64,000 bases of DNA from Bacteroidota bacterium (GCA_048267165.1 JBLWYD010000008.1:34806-98805); one strand, 5' to 3'. Counted from the stretch's first letter, positions 45,235 through 55,242 are shown. The notes: a model not told the origin generated them from the letters alone. A program made the numbers and translations.

Positions 45235-45783
45235 ATGACTCCAGAAGAAAAGATGATAGACAGTATTGAGAAGAACACTGGCAAGCCGATTAGCCATTGG
45301 ATACAAGTTGTAAAGAAATCTGGTATTGAAAAGCACAAAGAGATGATAAACTTCCTTAAAGAAGAGCACTGCTTTACTTATGGGTTTGCTAATCTTGTTG
45401 TTCATAAGGCCAAAAAGTCAGATGCGGAATCTGTTTCTCAGAGTGAAGATTTGGTTGATTTACAGTATAATGGAAAAGAAAGTTTACGACCTATCTACGA
45501 GAGTTTAATGTCTGAAATCTCTAAATTTGGTGAAGTTGAAGTTGCTCCTAAGAAGGCATACGTAAGTCTTAGAGGTAAAAAGCAGTTCGCACTAATCCAA
45601 CCCTCAACAAAATCTAGATTAGATATAGGAATAAACTCTAAGAAACTAGAAATAACTGACAGATTAGAAAAGTCAGGTAGCTTTAATTCTATGTGCTCGC
45701 ATAGAATTAGACTAACCGATGCATCACAAGTAGATAATGAATTAATCAGTTGGCTTAAAGCTGCTTTTGAAGAGGCGAAATAA
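45235..45783 (+). CDS. DUF4287/DUF5655 domain protein
   Basis: N-terminus I.KNTGK....W......SG..KH.E...FLKEEH....G.AN is typical of DUF4287. Confidence 0.6.
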   Translation: MTPEEKMIDSIEKNTGKPISHWIQVVKKSGIEKHKEMINFLKEEHCFTYGFANLVVHKAKKSDAESVSQSEDLVDLQYNGKESLRPIYESLMSEISKFGEVEVAPKKAYVSLRGKKQFALIQPSTKSRLDIGINSKKLEITDRLEKSGSFNSMCSHRIRLTDASQVDNELISWLKAAFEEAK

Positions 45784-45926
45784 TTTTCTTTAAGTACTCT
45801 TCAAATTTATCACTCCATATTTCGTTGCTCCATTCTATAGTGTGTCATTTTTCACTAAAATATTTAGGAATTTTGGCTATCTATAATTAAATTGAAATCT
45901 ATACAAACAATAAAAATGCTAATAAT

Positions 45927-46763
45927 ATGGCTTGGTTTAAAAGATCAGAACAGAATATAAAAAATGATGGCCACAGGAATATGCCAGACGGTCTATGGAC
46001 TAAGGCGCCTAATGGTAATATAATATATAAGAAAGAGTTAGAGGACAATCTATACACTGACCCTGCTAGTGATCATCACTTCCGTATCAGCGTAAAAGAA
46101 TATGTTCAGATAATATTCGATGATGGTACATTCAAAGAAACTCATAAGAAAGTTCGCTCTGCTGACCCACTAGAGTTCGAAGATACTAAAGCGTATAAAG
46201 ACAGATTAGCAGCAGCTTACAAGAAATCAGACAGCTCAGATGCCCTAACAACAGGACACGGCAAGATAAATGGTAAGAAAGCTTCTTTCGCTTGTATGAA
46301 CTTCGATTTCATCGGTGGGAGTATGGGTTCCGTAGTTGGCGAAAAATTCGTCCGTGCAACTCATTACGCTATCAAGAACAAATGTCCTCTAATCGTTATC
46401 TCCGCATCTGGTGGAGCTAGAATGCAAGAAGCCGTGATATCACTAATGCAAATGGCAAAGACAAGTGTTGCCCTAGCTCAGTTAGATGATGCAGGATTGC
46501 CTTTCATTTCTATACTTTCAGACCCCACAACTGGTGGTGTGAGTGCTAGTTTTGCAATGTTGGGCGATGTAATAATAGCAGAACCCGGAGCATTAATCGG
46601 ATTTGCTGGACCAAGAGTAATTGAGCAAACTATCAAACGCAAGTTACCAGAAGGTTTCCAAACATCTGAATTCTTACTAGAACACGGATTCGTAGATATG
46701 ATAATCCATAGAAAACAATTAAAAGAAGAGCTAACTAAAATCATAGATTGGTTTGGGTTCTAA
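45927..46763 (+). CDS. accD: Acetyl-CoA carboxylase carboxyltransferase beta subunit, lacking the Zn-ribbon cysteines
   Basis: Carboxyltransferase core FIGGSMGSVVGEKF and SGGARMQEA. The N-terminal positions of the four Zn-ribbon Cys read TKAPNGN and TDPASDHH. Confidence 0.9.
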   Translation: MAWFKRSEQNIKNDGHRNMPDGLWTKAPNGNIIYKKELEDNLYTDPASDHHFRISVKEYVQIIFDDGTFKETHKKVRSADPLEFEDTKAYKDRLAAAYKKSDSSDALTTGHGKINGKKASFACMNFDFIGGSMGSVVGEKFVRATHYAIKNKCPLIVISASGGARMQEAVISLMQMAKTSVALAQLDDAGLPFISILSDPTTGGVSASFAMLGDVIIAEPGALIGFAGPRVIEQTIKRKLPEGFQTSEFLLEHGFVDMIIHRKQLKEELTKIIDWFGF

Positions 46764-47535
46764 TAGAACCATATTAATTGTACTAATCTCAATCTGTTTT
46801 ATACCAAATACAGTTTTATCAGCTCAGTATCACTTGCGAGAGATGGCTTATGTCACTATTGGTGGTGTATTTGGTGCTAGTTCTGCCAATTTCCAAGATG
46901 ACTACCAAAATATAATAGGTGGCAATTCACTTGATTTCCGGGACACTCCAGCATTGGGTGGTGGACTGAAATTCTGGCTAGAAGACCATTACCGATTATC
47001 AATAGCCGCCGATTACTTCGATTCCAAATCATCTGATTCTTATACTGAATTCGACTCTTTGTCATTTGGGACAGTCACTCGCGATATTTACAATGAATTT
47101 AATATTTCCTCAATTCCAATAGTTGTATCATTAGACTATATCCCTATCGAGCAGCAATTTAAAACTTATGCTTCCATTGGCGCAGGTGTATTAGTTTCTA
47201 GTGTTAATTGGACTGAAAAAGTGTACTCAAATAGAACTTCAGACACAAGAACAGGTGGTACTCATTATGACGCAACTGACATATTCCCATTAGTACGAGG
47301 AGCATTGGGGATGGAACTCGATTTCGACAAATCTGTGGTAGGAAATGTCATCGGCAATCTAACAATTGAGCTGAGATACACGTATATGTTTAGAAATGTA
47401 GATATGTATAGTAATATTAAAAATCAATTAGGAGCTGAATCGTCTCAATTAGGGAACTCAGTAGAGTTGATACCAGGTTATTTGTCATTGAATCTACAAT
47501 TTGGGATAGAATATTTCCAAACAATTGGTAAATAA
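46753..47535 (+). CDS. Outer-membrane beta-barrel protein (hypothetical)
   Basis: TTG start with a signal peptide. Alternating amphipathic strands with an aromatic residue close to the C-terminus (IEYFQTIGK). Overlaps the accD 3' end by 11 nt. Confidence 0.5.
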   Translation: MGSNRTILIVLISICFIPNTVLSAQYHLREMAYVTIGGVFGASSANFQDDYQNIIGGNSLDFRDTPALGGGLKFWLEDHYRLSIAADYFDSKSSDSYTEFDSLSFGTVTRDIYNEFNISSIPIVVSLDYIPIEQQFKTYASIGAGVLVSSVNWTEKVYSNRTSDTRTGGTHYDATDIFPLVRGALGMELDFDKSVVGNVIGNLTIELRYTYMFRNVDMYSNIKNQLGAESSQLGNSVELIPGYLSLNLQFGIEYFQTIGK

Positions 47536-47601
47536 CATTTTTTTCATTAGATTGTTAGTAATAACGTTCATTCAAAATATATAAATGCTAGGGAGGCAAA
47601 G

Positions 47602-47937
47602 ATGACAACAGAAGTAACTTTCAGACACTTTGATGCTAAAAAACATCCGACATTACACGATATGGCATTAGAGTCAGCCGATAGATTTACTCATTTCAAT
47701 AATTCTATATTGAGTACTCATGTTGAATTCAGAAATGAACCAGTAGAGAAAGTAGTAGAGTTTAGAGTAAATGCAAATGGGAAGGTAATTGTCTCAAGTG
47801 ACAGCACTGACGATTTTAAAAAGAGTCTTGCAGGTGCTGAAGACAAATTAATAAGACAATTAAAGAAATTGAAGACTAAATCGAATAATCACGACCACGA
47901 AAAATTCGAACCAGAGACTGATAAACCAGAATATTAA
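47602..47937 (+). CDS. hpf: Ribosome hibernation promoting factor (short HPF/RaiA)
   Basis: Strong RBS agggagg. N-terminus TFRHF......H...LESADRF.HF resembles the sigma-54 modulation protein family. Confidence 0.75.
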   Translation: MTTEVTFRHFDAKKHPTLHDMALESADRFTHFNNSILSTHVEFRNEPVEKVVEFRVNANGKVIVSSDSTDDFKKSLAGAEDKLIRQLKKLKTKSNNHDHEKFEPETDKPEY

Positions 47938-47982
47938 TCAATATCGGAAGGACATATACAAACAATATGTCCTTTCTTATTT

Positions 47983-48993
47983 ATGTATAATAACCTAAAA
48001 GTAATAAGAAAAAAAGAAGTGCTAGTTGAAGCACTATTGAACTCCCCCCTCAACTTGAAGGTTATGACCGGTGATGTAGGGATGGAGAATTCTATTACTG
48101 AATCGAATATGTATAGGCCACAACTTGCTTTGGCGGGATTCACCGAATTATTTACATATAGCAATGTACAAGTAGTAGGGAATACAGAGATTTACTATCT
48201 CCGTTCTTTGGATTTGGAGAAAAGAAAACAAGCTTTCAAGAACATTGTTCAATTTGATGTACCATGTATTATTATAACTAATGGTAATCAGTTCCACGAT
48301 GAACTAGTTGAACTAGCTATTGAAAACAATACTCCTGTTCTTTCTACAGACAAAGACACTACAACTGCTGTTTCTATATTATCTGTATTTTTGAATGATC
48401 AGTTTTCACCTCATGTTACTATCCACGGCTCTTTTATGGATGTCTATGGAGTGGGAATACTATTCACAGGTGGTAGTGGCATTGGTAAGAGCGAGATAGC
48501 TCTCGACTTAGTAGAGCGAGGTCATAGACTAGTCGCTGACGATATAGTTATACTCAATAATAACACAGGAACAGCTCTGATGGGTACTGGTACTAACTTA
48601 GTCCAGCACTTTATGGAAATCAGAGGTCTAGGTATAATTGATGTTAGGCGTATGTTTGGTATTCGCTCTATCAGATATCAGAAAAGATTAGAAATAATAG
48701 TAGAACTAGAAGTATGGGACAGCAATGGCGACTATACTAGAACAGGGTTGGAAGAAAATACTTCCAAAATATTAGGCGTAGATATCACAACTGTTAAGTT
48801 GCCTATATTTCCTGGTAAAAATATTACAGTAATTGCAGAAGTAATAGCACTCAATTACTTACTAAAAACTTATGGCTATAATGCTTCGGAAGTATTCACT
48901 CAGAAGCTAAATGATACGATAATGAAGAAGAATACAGATAAAAACTTCACAGATGAAAGAATAATTAATTATTTCCAAGGCGATTTAGAATAA
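47983..48993 (+). CDS. hprK: HPr kinase/phosphorylase
   Basis: Walker A GGSGIGKSE. LVADD and EIRGLGIIDV signature. Confidence 0.88.
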   Translation: MYNNLKVIRKKEVLVEALLNSPLNLKVMTGDVGMENSITESNMYRPQLALAGFTELFTYSNVQVVGNTEIYYLRSLDLEKRKQAFKNIVQFDVPCIIITNGNQFHDELVELAIENNTPVLSTDKDTTTAVSILSVFLNDQFSPHVTIHGSFMDVYGVGILFTGGSGIGKSEIALDLVERGHRLVADDIVILNNNTGTALMGTGTNLVQHFMEIRGLGIIDVRRMFGIRSIRYQKRLEIIVELEVWDSNGDYTRTGLEENTSKILGVDITTVKLPIFPGKNITVIAEVIALNYLLKTYGYNASEVFTQKLNDTIMKKNTDKNFTDERIINYFQGDLE

Positions 48994-49007
48994 TCGAGAA
49001 TAAATAT

Positions 49008-50951
49008 ATGATTAGAAAAATACTACTACCCCTATTGCTAATTGCTTTCTTAGCAACAGCTATGAAGTCTAATGCAGATGAACCACATATCAGATTCCAG
49101 ACCAAAACCTCTAAAACTGAGATAAAGGCTGGTGAAGAGTTCTATGTTTTAGTAAATATGGATATTGATAAGTACTGGTACACATATGATTTCATAGATC
49201 AGATAAGTAGTGAAGGAATTGGTCCGAATACAACTGAAATAGTAGTACTTAGCGCTGAGTTTGCGGAGTCTAATGGTAATGTATTAAAGCCAACTCCTTT
49301 GAAGAAATTTGATGAAGGTTTTGAGATGGATGTAACATATTACAAAGGAAACTTTGATGTAATTGTACCACTCAAAGCTCTGAAAGATATTACTATTGGT
49401 AAAGACGCTTTGGAATTAGAAGTATATCTTCAACTTTGTGATACGGTTAGATGTTTGCCTCCTGAACCGTATTCATTAATAGTAAGTGCAGACACTTACA
49501 ATTCTGATGAAAATGAATCAATTCTTGCTGCAAGTACTACAAAGCTAGAAGAAGGAGATGACCACAAAGAAGAACCTATAATAACAGAGTCAAGCGCTGA
49601 GATTGAAGAAAGTAAAAAGAAAGGCATTTGGTCTTTCCTTTGGTTTGCTATGTTAGCTGGTGGAGCGGCATTACTAACACCTTGTGTGTTCCCAATGGTT
49701 CCCATTACTGTCTCATTCTTTACTAAAAGAGCGGAACAAACTAAGGCAAAAGGACTTAGAGATTCACTTATATATGCGTTAGGAATAATACTAACTTTCA
49801 CTATACTTGGGTTCGCACTTTCGTGGCTACTCCAAGACTCCGGTGGACTAGGCGGATTCGCTGCAAACGGATGGGTGAATATACTAATTGCAACCGTTTT
49901 CGTAGTATTCGCATTGAATCTTTTCGGAGCATTTGAAATTCAAATACCGACTAGTTTGATGAATAAATTGAACAAACAAACGCAAGGATCAGGGATATTT
50001 TCTATCCTAGTAATGGGCTTAGTATTCTCACTAACTTCATTTACATGTACTGTACCATTTGTTGGTTCTGCATTGCTTTCAGCATCAGGTGGTGAGTGGT
50101 TCTACCCAATCATTGGTATGATAGGATTCTCGACAGTATTTGCATTACCATTCTTCATATTTGCACTTATTCCCTCTGCTATGAACAAGCTTCCAAAAGC
50201 TGGTGGTTGGATGAATAATGTAAAAGTTGTAATGGGATTTTTAGAAGTAGCAGCAGCAGTCAAATTCATCAGTAATGTTGATTTAGTTTGGGGTTGGGGT
50301 ATTATGCCAAGAGAGATGTTCATAGCAATATGGATAATCTGTGGTGTATTAATCGTAGCATACTTACTAGGTGCATTCAAGATGAAAATGGACTCTGATT
50401 TGAATAACTTAGGTGCTCTAAGAGTAATCTGGGCTATCGTATTCGGGGCAATAACTATTTTCTTAATACCTGGATTATTCGGTAAGAATATGGGCGAGCT
50501 AGATGCATTCCTTCCTCCTCAAGGGTACTTGAACGCAAACGTATCATCAGCTTCTGCTGGAGGTGGTACTATGTTCGGTGAGTCTGGTGAAAAAACAGTC
50601 TGGCTTCATAACTATGAAGAAGCATTAGCTTTAGCTAAGAAAGAAAACAAACCAGTTTTTATAGATTTTACTGGTTGGACTTGTACTAATTGTAGATGGA
50701 TGGAATCTAATGTATTCCCTCTTCCGCAAGTAAAAGAGTACTTTAAAGGCATGATAAATGTGAAGCTATACACAGATAGAAGAGAAGAGCCAGAGCTTAG
50801 TAACAAAGAATTTCAGAAAACTATGTTCAATTCTATCGAGTTACCACTATACGTGATATTAACTCCAGATGAGAAATTAGTTGGAACAAAAGCATTCACA
50901 AGAGATTTGCAAGAATTCTTAGACTTTTTAGAGAAAGGTGCTAACTCTTAA
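49008..50951 (+). CDS. dsbD: Thiol:disulfide interchange protein DsbD-like (N-terminal domain + CcdA-type TM core + thioredoxin domain)
   Basis: TM-core Cys motifs LTPCVFPMVP and SFTCTVPF. C-terminal thioredoxin motif WTCTNC. Confidence 0.85.
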   Translation: MIRKILLPLLLIAFLATAMKSNADEPHIRFQTKTSKTEIKAGEEFYVLVNMDIDKYWYTYDFIDQISSEGIGPNTTEIVVLSAEFAESNGNVLKPTPLKKFDEGFEMDVTYYKGNFDVIVPLKALKDITIGKDALELEVYLQLCDTVRCLPPEPYSLIVSADTYNSDENESILAASTTKLEEGDDHKEEPIITESSAEIEESKKKGIWSFLWFAMLAGGAALLTPCVFPMVPITVSFFTKRAEQTKAKGLRDSLIYALGIILTFTILGFALSWLLQDSGGLGGFAANGWVNILIATVFVVFALNLFGAFEIQIPTSLMNKLNKQTQGSGIFSILVMGLVFSLTSFTCTVPFVGSALLSASGGEWFYPIIGMIGFSTVFALPFFIFALIPSAMNKLPKAGGWMNNVKVVMGFLEVAAAVKFISNVDLVWGWGIMPREMFIAIWIICGVLIVAYLLGAFKMKMDSDLNNLGALRVIWAIVFGAITIFLIPGLFGKNMGELDAFLPPQGYLNANVSSASAGGGTMFGESGEKTVWLHNYEEALALAKKENKPVFIDFTGWTCTNCRWMESNVFPLPQVKEYFKGMINVKLYTDRREEPELSNKEFQKTMFNSIELPLYVILTPDEKLVGTKAFTRDLQEFLDFLEKGANS

Positions 50952-50962
50952 TAGAGTTAGTG

Positions 50963-51406
50963 CTAGTCCTCTTCGTCGTAGTCATCGAAATCATCGTCAA
51001 ACTCACTATCTTCGAAATCAGTGTCAAATTCTGAATCAAATTCATCGGAATCATCTAATTGGTCTATCCCAATTTTATGAGGAGTTTCGTAGATATTACC
51101 TTGTATTAATTCATCTTCACCACCAACTAATTTCTGCGAAAGCAAATCAGAATTTTCAAACTTAATAATTATTTTGTCTTTACTGAAAGTGACTATTCCA
51201 CCTTCTATATTTATGTCGCTTTCGTATATTTCCACTTCATCTTGATCTAATATACCAGTGGACTTCATAATGATAAACTCATCATCATCAAGGACTTTGT
51301 AATTATCGCCTTTGGACGGCTGTTGTTCTAGCTCATAAGGGGCTATTTCATCGTGTAGTAGCATAAACTCAAGAGTCTTGTGCCATGCTCTGTATTTGAT
51401 ACTCAT
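50963..51406 (-). CDS. YopX-like (phage-type) protein with a poly-acidic D/E-F C-terminal tail
   Basis: IKYRAWHK N-terminus, MKSTGILDQDEVEIYESDI core and GNIYETPH near the end all match YopX-family hallmarks. The last 30 or so residues are DDSDEFDSEFDTDFEDSEFDDDFDDYDEED. Confidence 0.6.
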   Translation of the reverse strand: MSIKYRAWHKTLEFMLLHDEIAPYELEQQPSKGDNYKVLDDDEFIIMKSTGILDQDEVEIYESDINIEGGIVTFSKDKIIIKFENSDLLSQKLVGGEDELIQGNIYETPHKIGIDQLDDSDEFDSEFDTDFEDSEFDDDFDDYDEED

Positions 51407-51455
51407 ATCTCATTTCCAAAACATTGATTCTTTAGAAACATAATATAATAATTTT

Positions 51456-52355
51456 TTACTTTAATCCAACTTGAAATCTTTCATCTTCGTTGTATTTTGA
51501 GATTGGTACTTTAACTACCATATTATCAATTAACCTAGTTTTACCAAGTATAGTACCGAGTAGAAGCACTACATCTTCCCCCTCTTCAAATTCTATTGGT
51601 TCAGATAGGTTACTAGCATCAGCGGCGAGGGCATAATCTATTTTTAGTGTTTCTAATTTTCTAAGGAACTCGTGTAGGAATGCGTTAATCGTCTTTCTAT
51701 TCTTTTCACCTGTTTCTATAAATTCTTGTGTTGCCACTAGGGATTGGAAGAGTATCTTCGCTTTGCTTTTCTCTTCTTCAGTTAAGTACTTATTACGTGA
51801 GCTCATAGCAAGTCCATTAGTCTCTCTTACTATAGGACATACTACTATTTCTACTCCCATAAGCATATCTTTAGACAAAGCTTTTACCACCAATGTCTGT
51901 TGATAGTCCTTCTGACCGAAAAATGCCTTATTTGGTAATGCTGCACTGAATAGCTTAGCCACAACCGTAGCTACACCATCAAAGAAATGTGGTCTATATT
52001 TCCCTTCGAAGACATAAGCCAAATCTCCAACAGATAAACTAGTAGTAGCTCCCTCTGGGTACATCTCTTCTCTTGCTGGAGCGAATAGGACATCACAATC
52101 TGCATTCTTTGCTAGATTGTAGTCGTGCTCAAAATCTCTTGGGTACGAATCGAAATCCTCGTGGGGAGCGAACTGAGTAGGGTTAACGAAAAGTGAAGTA
52201 ATAACTATATCGCATTCGACCGAAGCTCTTGTAATAAGAGATACGTGACCTTGATGAAGAAAGCCCATAGTCGGTACAAAACCTACTGTCTTCCCTTTAC
52301 TACGTTGGTCTATTGAGTACCGTCTTAGCTCTTCTACTTTTCTAATAACTATCAT
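51456..52355 (-). CDS. panC: Pantoate--beta-alanine ligase
   Basis: GFVPTMGFLHQGHVSL and FGQKDYQQ motifs. Confidence 0.92.
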   Translation of the reverse strand: MIVIRKVEELRRYSIDQRSKGKTVGFVPTMGFLHQGHVSLITRASVECDIVITSLFVNPTQFAPHEDFDSYPRDFEHDYNLAKNADCDVLFAPAREEMYPEGATTSLSVGDLAYVFEGKYRPHFFDGVATVVAKLFSAALPNKAFFGQKDYQQTLVVKALSKDMLMGVEIVVCPIVRETNGLAMSSRNKYLTEEEKSKAKILFQSLVATQEFIETGEKNRKTINAFLHEFLRKLETLKIDYALAADASNLSEPIEFEEGEDVVLLLGTILGKTRLIDNMVVKVPISKYNEDERFQVGLK

Positions 52356-52957
52356 TAGTCTTCCCTACTGCCCGATCTATCGGCAGTTTGTTCTGTTATT
52401 TGTGCTCTGAATTTCGATACTTTCGAAAGAGGTATATCAGCCGTTATCTCGATAGTATCCGTATATACTTCGTCAAATGATACTGCGAATTCTTCCAAAA
52501 GTCTTTTTATAGTATTTATATCATCGTAAGTAGTGAATATTTTCACTCTTTTAGTGATGTCAATTTTTCTTCTTTTGCATAGCTTTACTACTTCCTCTGC
52601 TGTTCCACCGTAAGCTCTGGCTAAACCGCCAACACCTAATTTGGTACCACCATAGAACCTAGTTACAACTACTAATACATCAGAGAGCTTATACTTTTTG
52701 ATAGAGAATAGAATAGGATTACCAGCCGAACCATTAGGTTCGCCGTCATCATTAGCTCTGTACTCTAACCCCTGTGAGCCAAGAATATAAGCATAGCAAT
52801 TATGAGTAGCATCATAGTGTTCTTTGCGAATAGCCGCTAAGTATTTATCAGCCTCTTCCTTACTTTCAATAGGGAATACATTCGCTAAAAAGCGACTACC
52901 TTTTATCTTATCTTCGAACGTTTTGTGTTCTTCTATAGAGTAGTAATAATCCATCAA
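52355..52957 (-). CDS. yigZ: YigZ/IMPACT family protein (UPF0029)
   Basis: KGSRFLA....A.H.CYAY....DDGEP.G.AG.P signature. Confidence 0.8.
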   Translation of the reverse strand: MMDYYYSIEEHKTFEDKIKGSRFLANVFPIESKEEADKYLAAIRKEHYDATHNCYAYILGSQGLEYRANDDGEPNGSAGNPILFSIKKYKLSDVLVVVTRFYGGTKLGVGGLARAYGGTAEEVVKLCKRRKIDITKRVKIFTTYDDINTIKRLLEEFAVSFDEVYTDTIEITADIPLSKVSKFRAQITEQTADRSGSRED

Positions 52958-53892
52958 TCGTATTTATAAAAACCTATTTTTCGTAATAATAATTCTATTT
53001 TGGGCTCTATCCACATAGTCATAACTGCAAATGCTATGCCTGCTGCTACATCTACAACATAATGATAACGCAAATAAACAGTAGAGAAAATAAGACTAAA
53101 ACCAATCACTGCTACTATCCATTTAAACTTTGATTGAAATTTGAAAGCTATTAGGATAGTTATGAAAGTCATCATAGTATGTCCACTTGGCATACAATCT
53201 CTATTTACTATAACTGCTGGATTCACAGTATCAGGCATTACTCCACCACCTGCGTTCACTAAATCTCTGAAGAAATTAGTAAGAAACAGCCCGGGTAATT
53301 CCGTGTTTAGCATACTGAAATCGTGTATTGTAAACCTTGGGCCTATCGCTGGCATAAAGAAGTACAGCAGATAAGAAAAGAAAAAGCCGAATATAACTAT
53401 GCGAGCAAACTCAAAAAATCTATCGTCCTTGTCTCTAAGAGTGAACTCTACTCCCAGTATAAATGGCAAAACATAGAACATCATATATGTGAATTGGAAA
53501 TATTCTGTTAATACAGGTGTTGCAAACTGAGCCATCCATTCAGTTGGGTTAACTCCGAATATAGCCATATCCCAAGCTATAAGAGTATTATCATAATCGT
53601 GTGGATTGACCAAAGGTATAAACAAATGTATATTGCTATATATAAAAAATACTATTGGTATTACATACAGCCGTCTCACTAGAGTGAATACCTTACCACC
53701 TTTGTACTTACTGCTAACTATAGCGAATACTATCACAGCCGTTGCTATAACAATATAAGACAAAAGATTAAGTGCAGGCGCTTCCAATTGCCCCCAAAAA
53801 ATAAAACAAAGTACAGAATAGATAAACAACATAGCTAATATGTATGCATCACTTATTGTCAGTAAATTGATAATCTTCTTTAGTTTATTCAC
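52954..53892 (-). CDS. PAP2-superfamily membrane protein
   Basis: Polytopic. PAP2 C2/C3 motifs PSGH and RYHYVVD. Confidence 0.65.
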   Translation of the reverse strand: MNKLKKIINLLTISDAYILAMLFIYSVLCFIFWGQLEAPALNLLSYIVIATAVIVFAIVSSKYKGGKVFTLVRRLYVIPIVFFIYSNIHLFIPLVNPHDYDNTLIAWDMAIFGVNPTEWMAQFATPVLTEYFQFTYMMFYVLPFILGVEFTLRDKDDRFFEFARIVIFGFFFSYLLYFFMPAIGPRFTIHDFSMLNTELPGLFLTNFFRDLVNAGGGVMPDTVNPAVIVNRDCMPSGHTMMTFITILIAFKFQSKFKWIVAVIGFSLIFSTVYLRYHYVVDVAAGIAFAVMTMWIEPKIELLLRKIGFYKYD

Positions 53893-54688
53893 CAGTTATG
53901 CTTTTTATGTTATCATATAATAGATTAAAATCTGCTAATGACAGATTTTCGGCTCTCAAATCTAACATTTCTTTCACTCTTTCGGGCATAGTTGGTGACG
54001 ATATAAATGCTTGGAAGTCATCAACAGAATTGAAATGTGATTTGATAGAATTAGATAGTTTTTTTCTTCTACCATTGAAGGCACTTTTTATGAAAGAATG
54101 TAATTTTTTATCGAAAACACCATCATTAAAAGTAATAGTAACTACAGATGAAGTAACTTTTGGTGGTGGATTAAAAGCTGTCGGAGGTACATCGAATAGT
54201 TTTTCAGCAGTACCACACATAAGCACAGCTAATGTTAGAATGCCATACTCTTTACTATTAGGAGCTGAAACTATCCTGTTGCCTAACTCTCTTTGTATCA
54301 TGAAAGTGAAAGACTCTATTCTATCCGAATAGTCAATAAGCTTGAATATGATTTGTGATGAAATATAGTAAGGCAAATTACCAATAACTTTTACTTTTTT
54401 ATCTTTTGGTAATATCTCATCCAAATTAGCTTCTAGAATATCAATATTAAGAACTTTCAGCCCTTTGAAATTCTTGCGGAGTACATAAACCGCACGATTA
54501 TCTATTTCTATGCAAGTTAGATTATTAGTCTTCGGTATCAGATACTTAGTCAAAGCACCAGTACCTGGGCCAATTTCTATGACCGTATCATCAGGTTTTA
54601 TATCCGACATCTCGGCTATTCGTTGCGAAACCGTCTCATCTACTAAGAAGTTCTGACCGAGCGATTTCTTTAATCTGAATTTTTCCAA
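53885..54688 (-). CDS. rsmA: 16S rRNA (adenine1518/1519-N6)-dimethyltransferase
   Basis: KKSLGQNFL and EIGPGTGALT. NLPY is the KsgA signature. Confidence 0.92.
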   Translation of the reverse strand: MEKFRLKKSLGQNFLVDETVSQRIAEMSDIKPDDTVIEIGPGTGALTKYLIPKTNNLTCIEIDNRAVYVLRKNFKGLKVLNIDILEANLDEILPKDKKVKVIGNLPYYISSQIIFKLIDYSDRIESFTFMIQRELGNRIVSAPNSKEYGILTLAVLMCGTAEKLFDVPPTAFNPPPKVTSSVVTITFNDGVFDKKLHSFIKSAFNGRRKKLSNSIKSHFNSVDDFQAFISSPTMPERVKEMLDLRAENLSLADFNLLYDNIKSITGE

Positions 54689-55192
54689 TTATATGCCGTA
54701 TTTAGTGAATGCTTGTTTTAGTTTATCTCTCGATTCTTCCATTGACTCATTTATAACTTTATAGTCCGAAATAACTGCAGTGAAATTAGTATCACCTCTC
54801 CAACGAGGAACAATATGAAAATGCAAATGGTCTGGCAAACCTGCACCTGCGGCTGCACCTGCATTCAACCCAACATTATAACCTTGCGGACTATATACCT
54901 CATCTATAACTTTAGTCGATATATTAATAGCTTCCATTATCTCTGCCCTACATTCGGCTGATAACTCAGCTAATGTCCCCTTATGTTCGATTGGGGTGAT
55001 TAATAAATGCCCATTATTGTACGGGTATTTATTCATCATAACTATAGAGTGCAGAAACCTAGCAACTAGTAGATTTTCTTTATCTTCAATTGGATGAGTA
55101 ATAGCGTGACAAACAAAGCATTCTTCTATTTTATCTTTTCCTTTGAAAGAGCCAATATATTTGGATCGCCAAGGTGACCAAAGTTGTTCCAT
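54689..55192 (-). CDS. HIT-family nucleotide hydrolase/phosphorylase
   Basis: Histidine triad HLHFHIVPRW. Confidence 0.85.
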   Translation of the reverse strand: MEQLWSPWRSKYIGSFKGKDKIEECFVCHAITHPIEDKENLLVARFLHSIVMMNKYPYNNGHLLITPIEHKGTLAELSAECRAEIMEAINISTKVIDEVYSPQGYNVGLNAGAAAGAGLPDHLHFHIVPRWRGDTNFTAVISDYKVINESMEESRDKLKQAFTKYGI

Positions 55193-55242
55193 ATTCTTAT
55201 ATTATATTATTTTTACGTTATAAGTTATTACAAAAATAGCTC

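Noticed and set aside
50938-51165. 75-aa plus-strand His/Arg-rich ORF
   Set aside because: It is the antisense reading of the GA(A/T)-rich codons for the acidic tail of the YopX-like gene.
50963-52355. Prophage at the YopX-like gene
   Set aside because: I could recognise no capsid, terminase, integrase, repressor or other phage-type gene nearby. The flanks are panC and dsbD.
53898-54332. 144-aa plus-strand ORF, the longest 'extra' ORF in the track
   Set aside because: It lies entirely antisense to rsmA, whose translation carries unmistakable KsgA motifs. The antisense product is low-complexity with no start context, so it is a shadow ORF.
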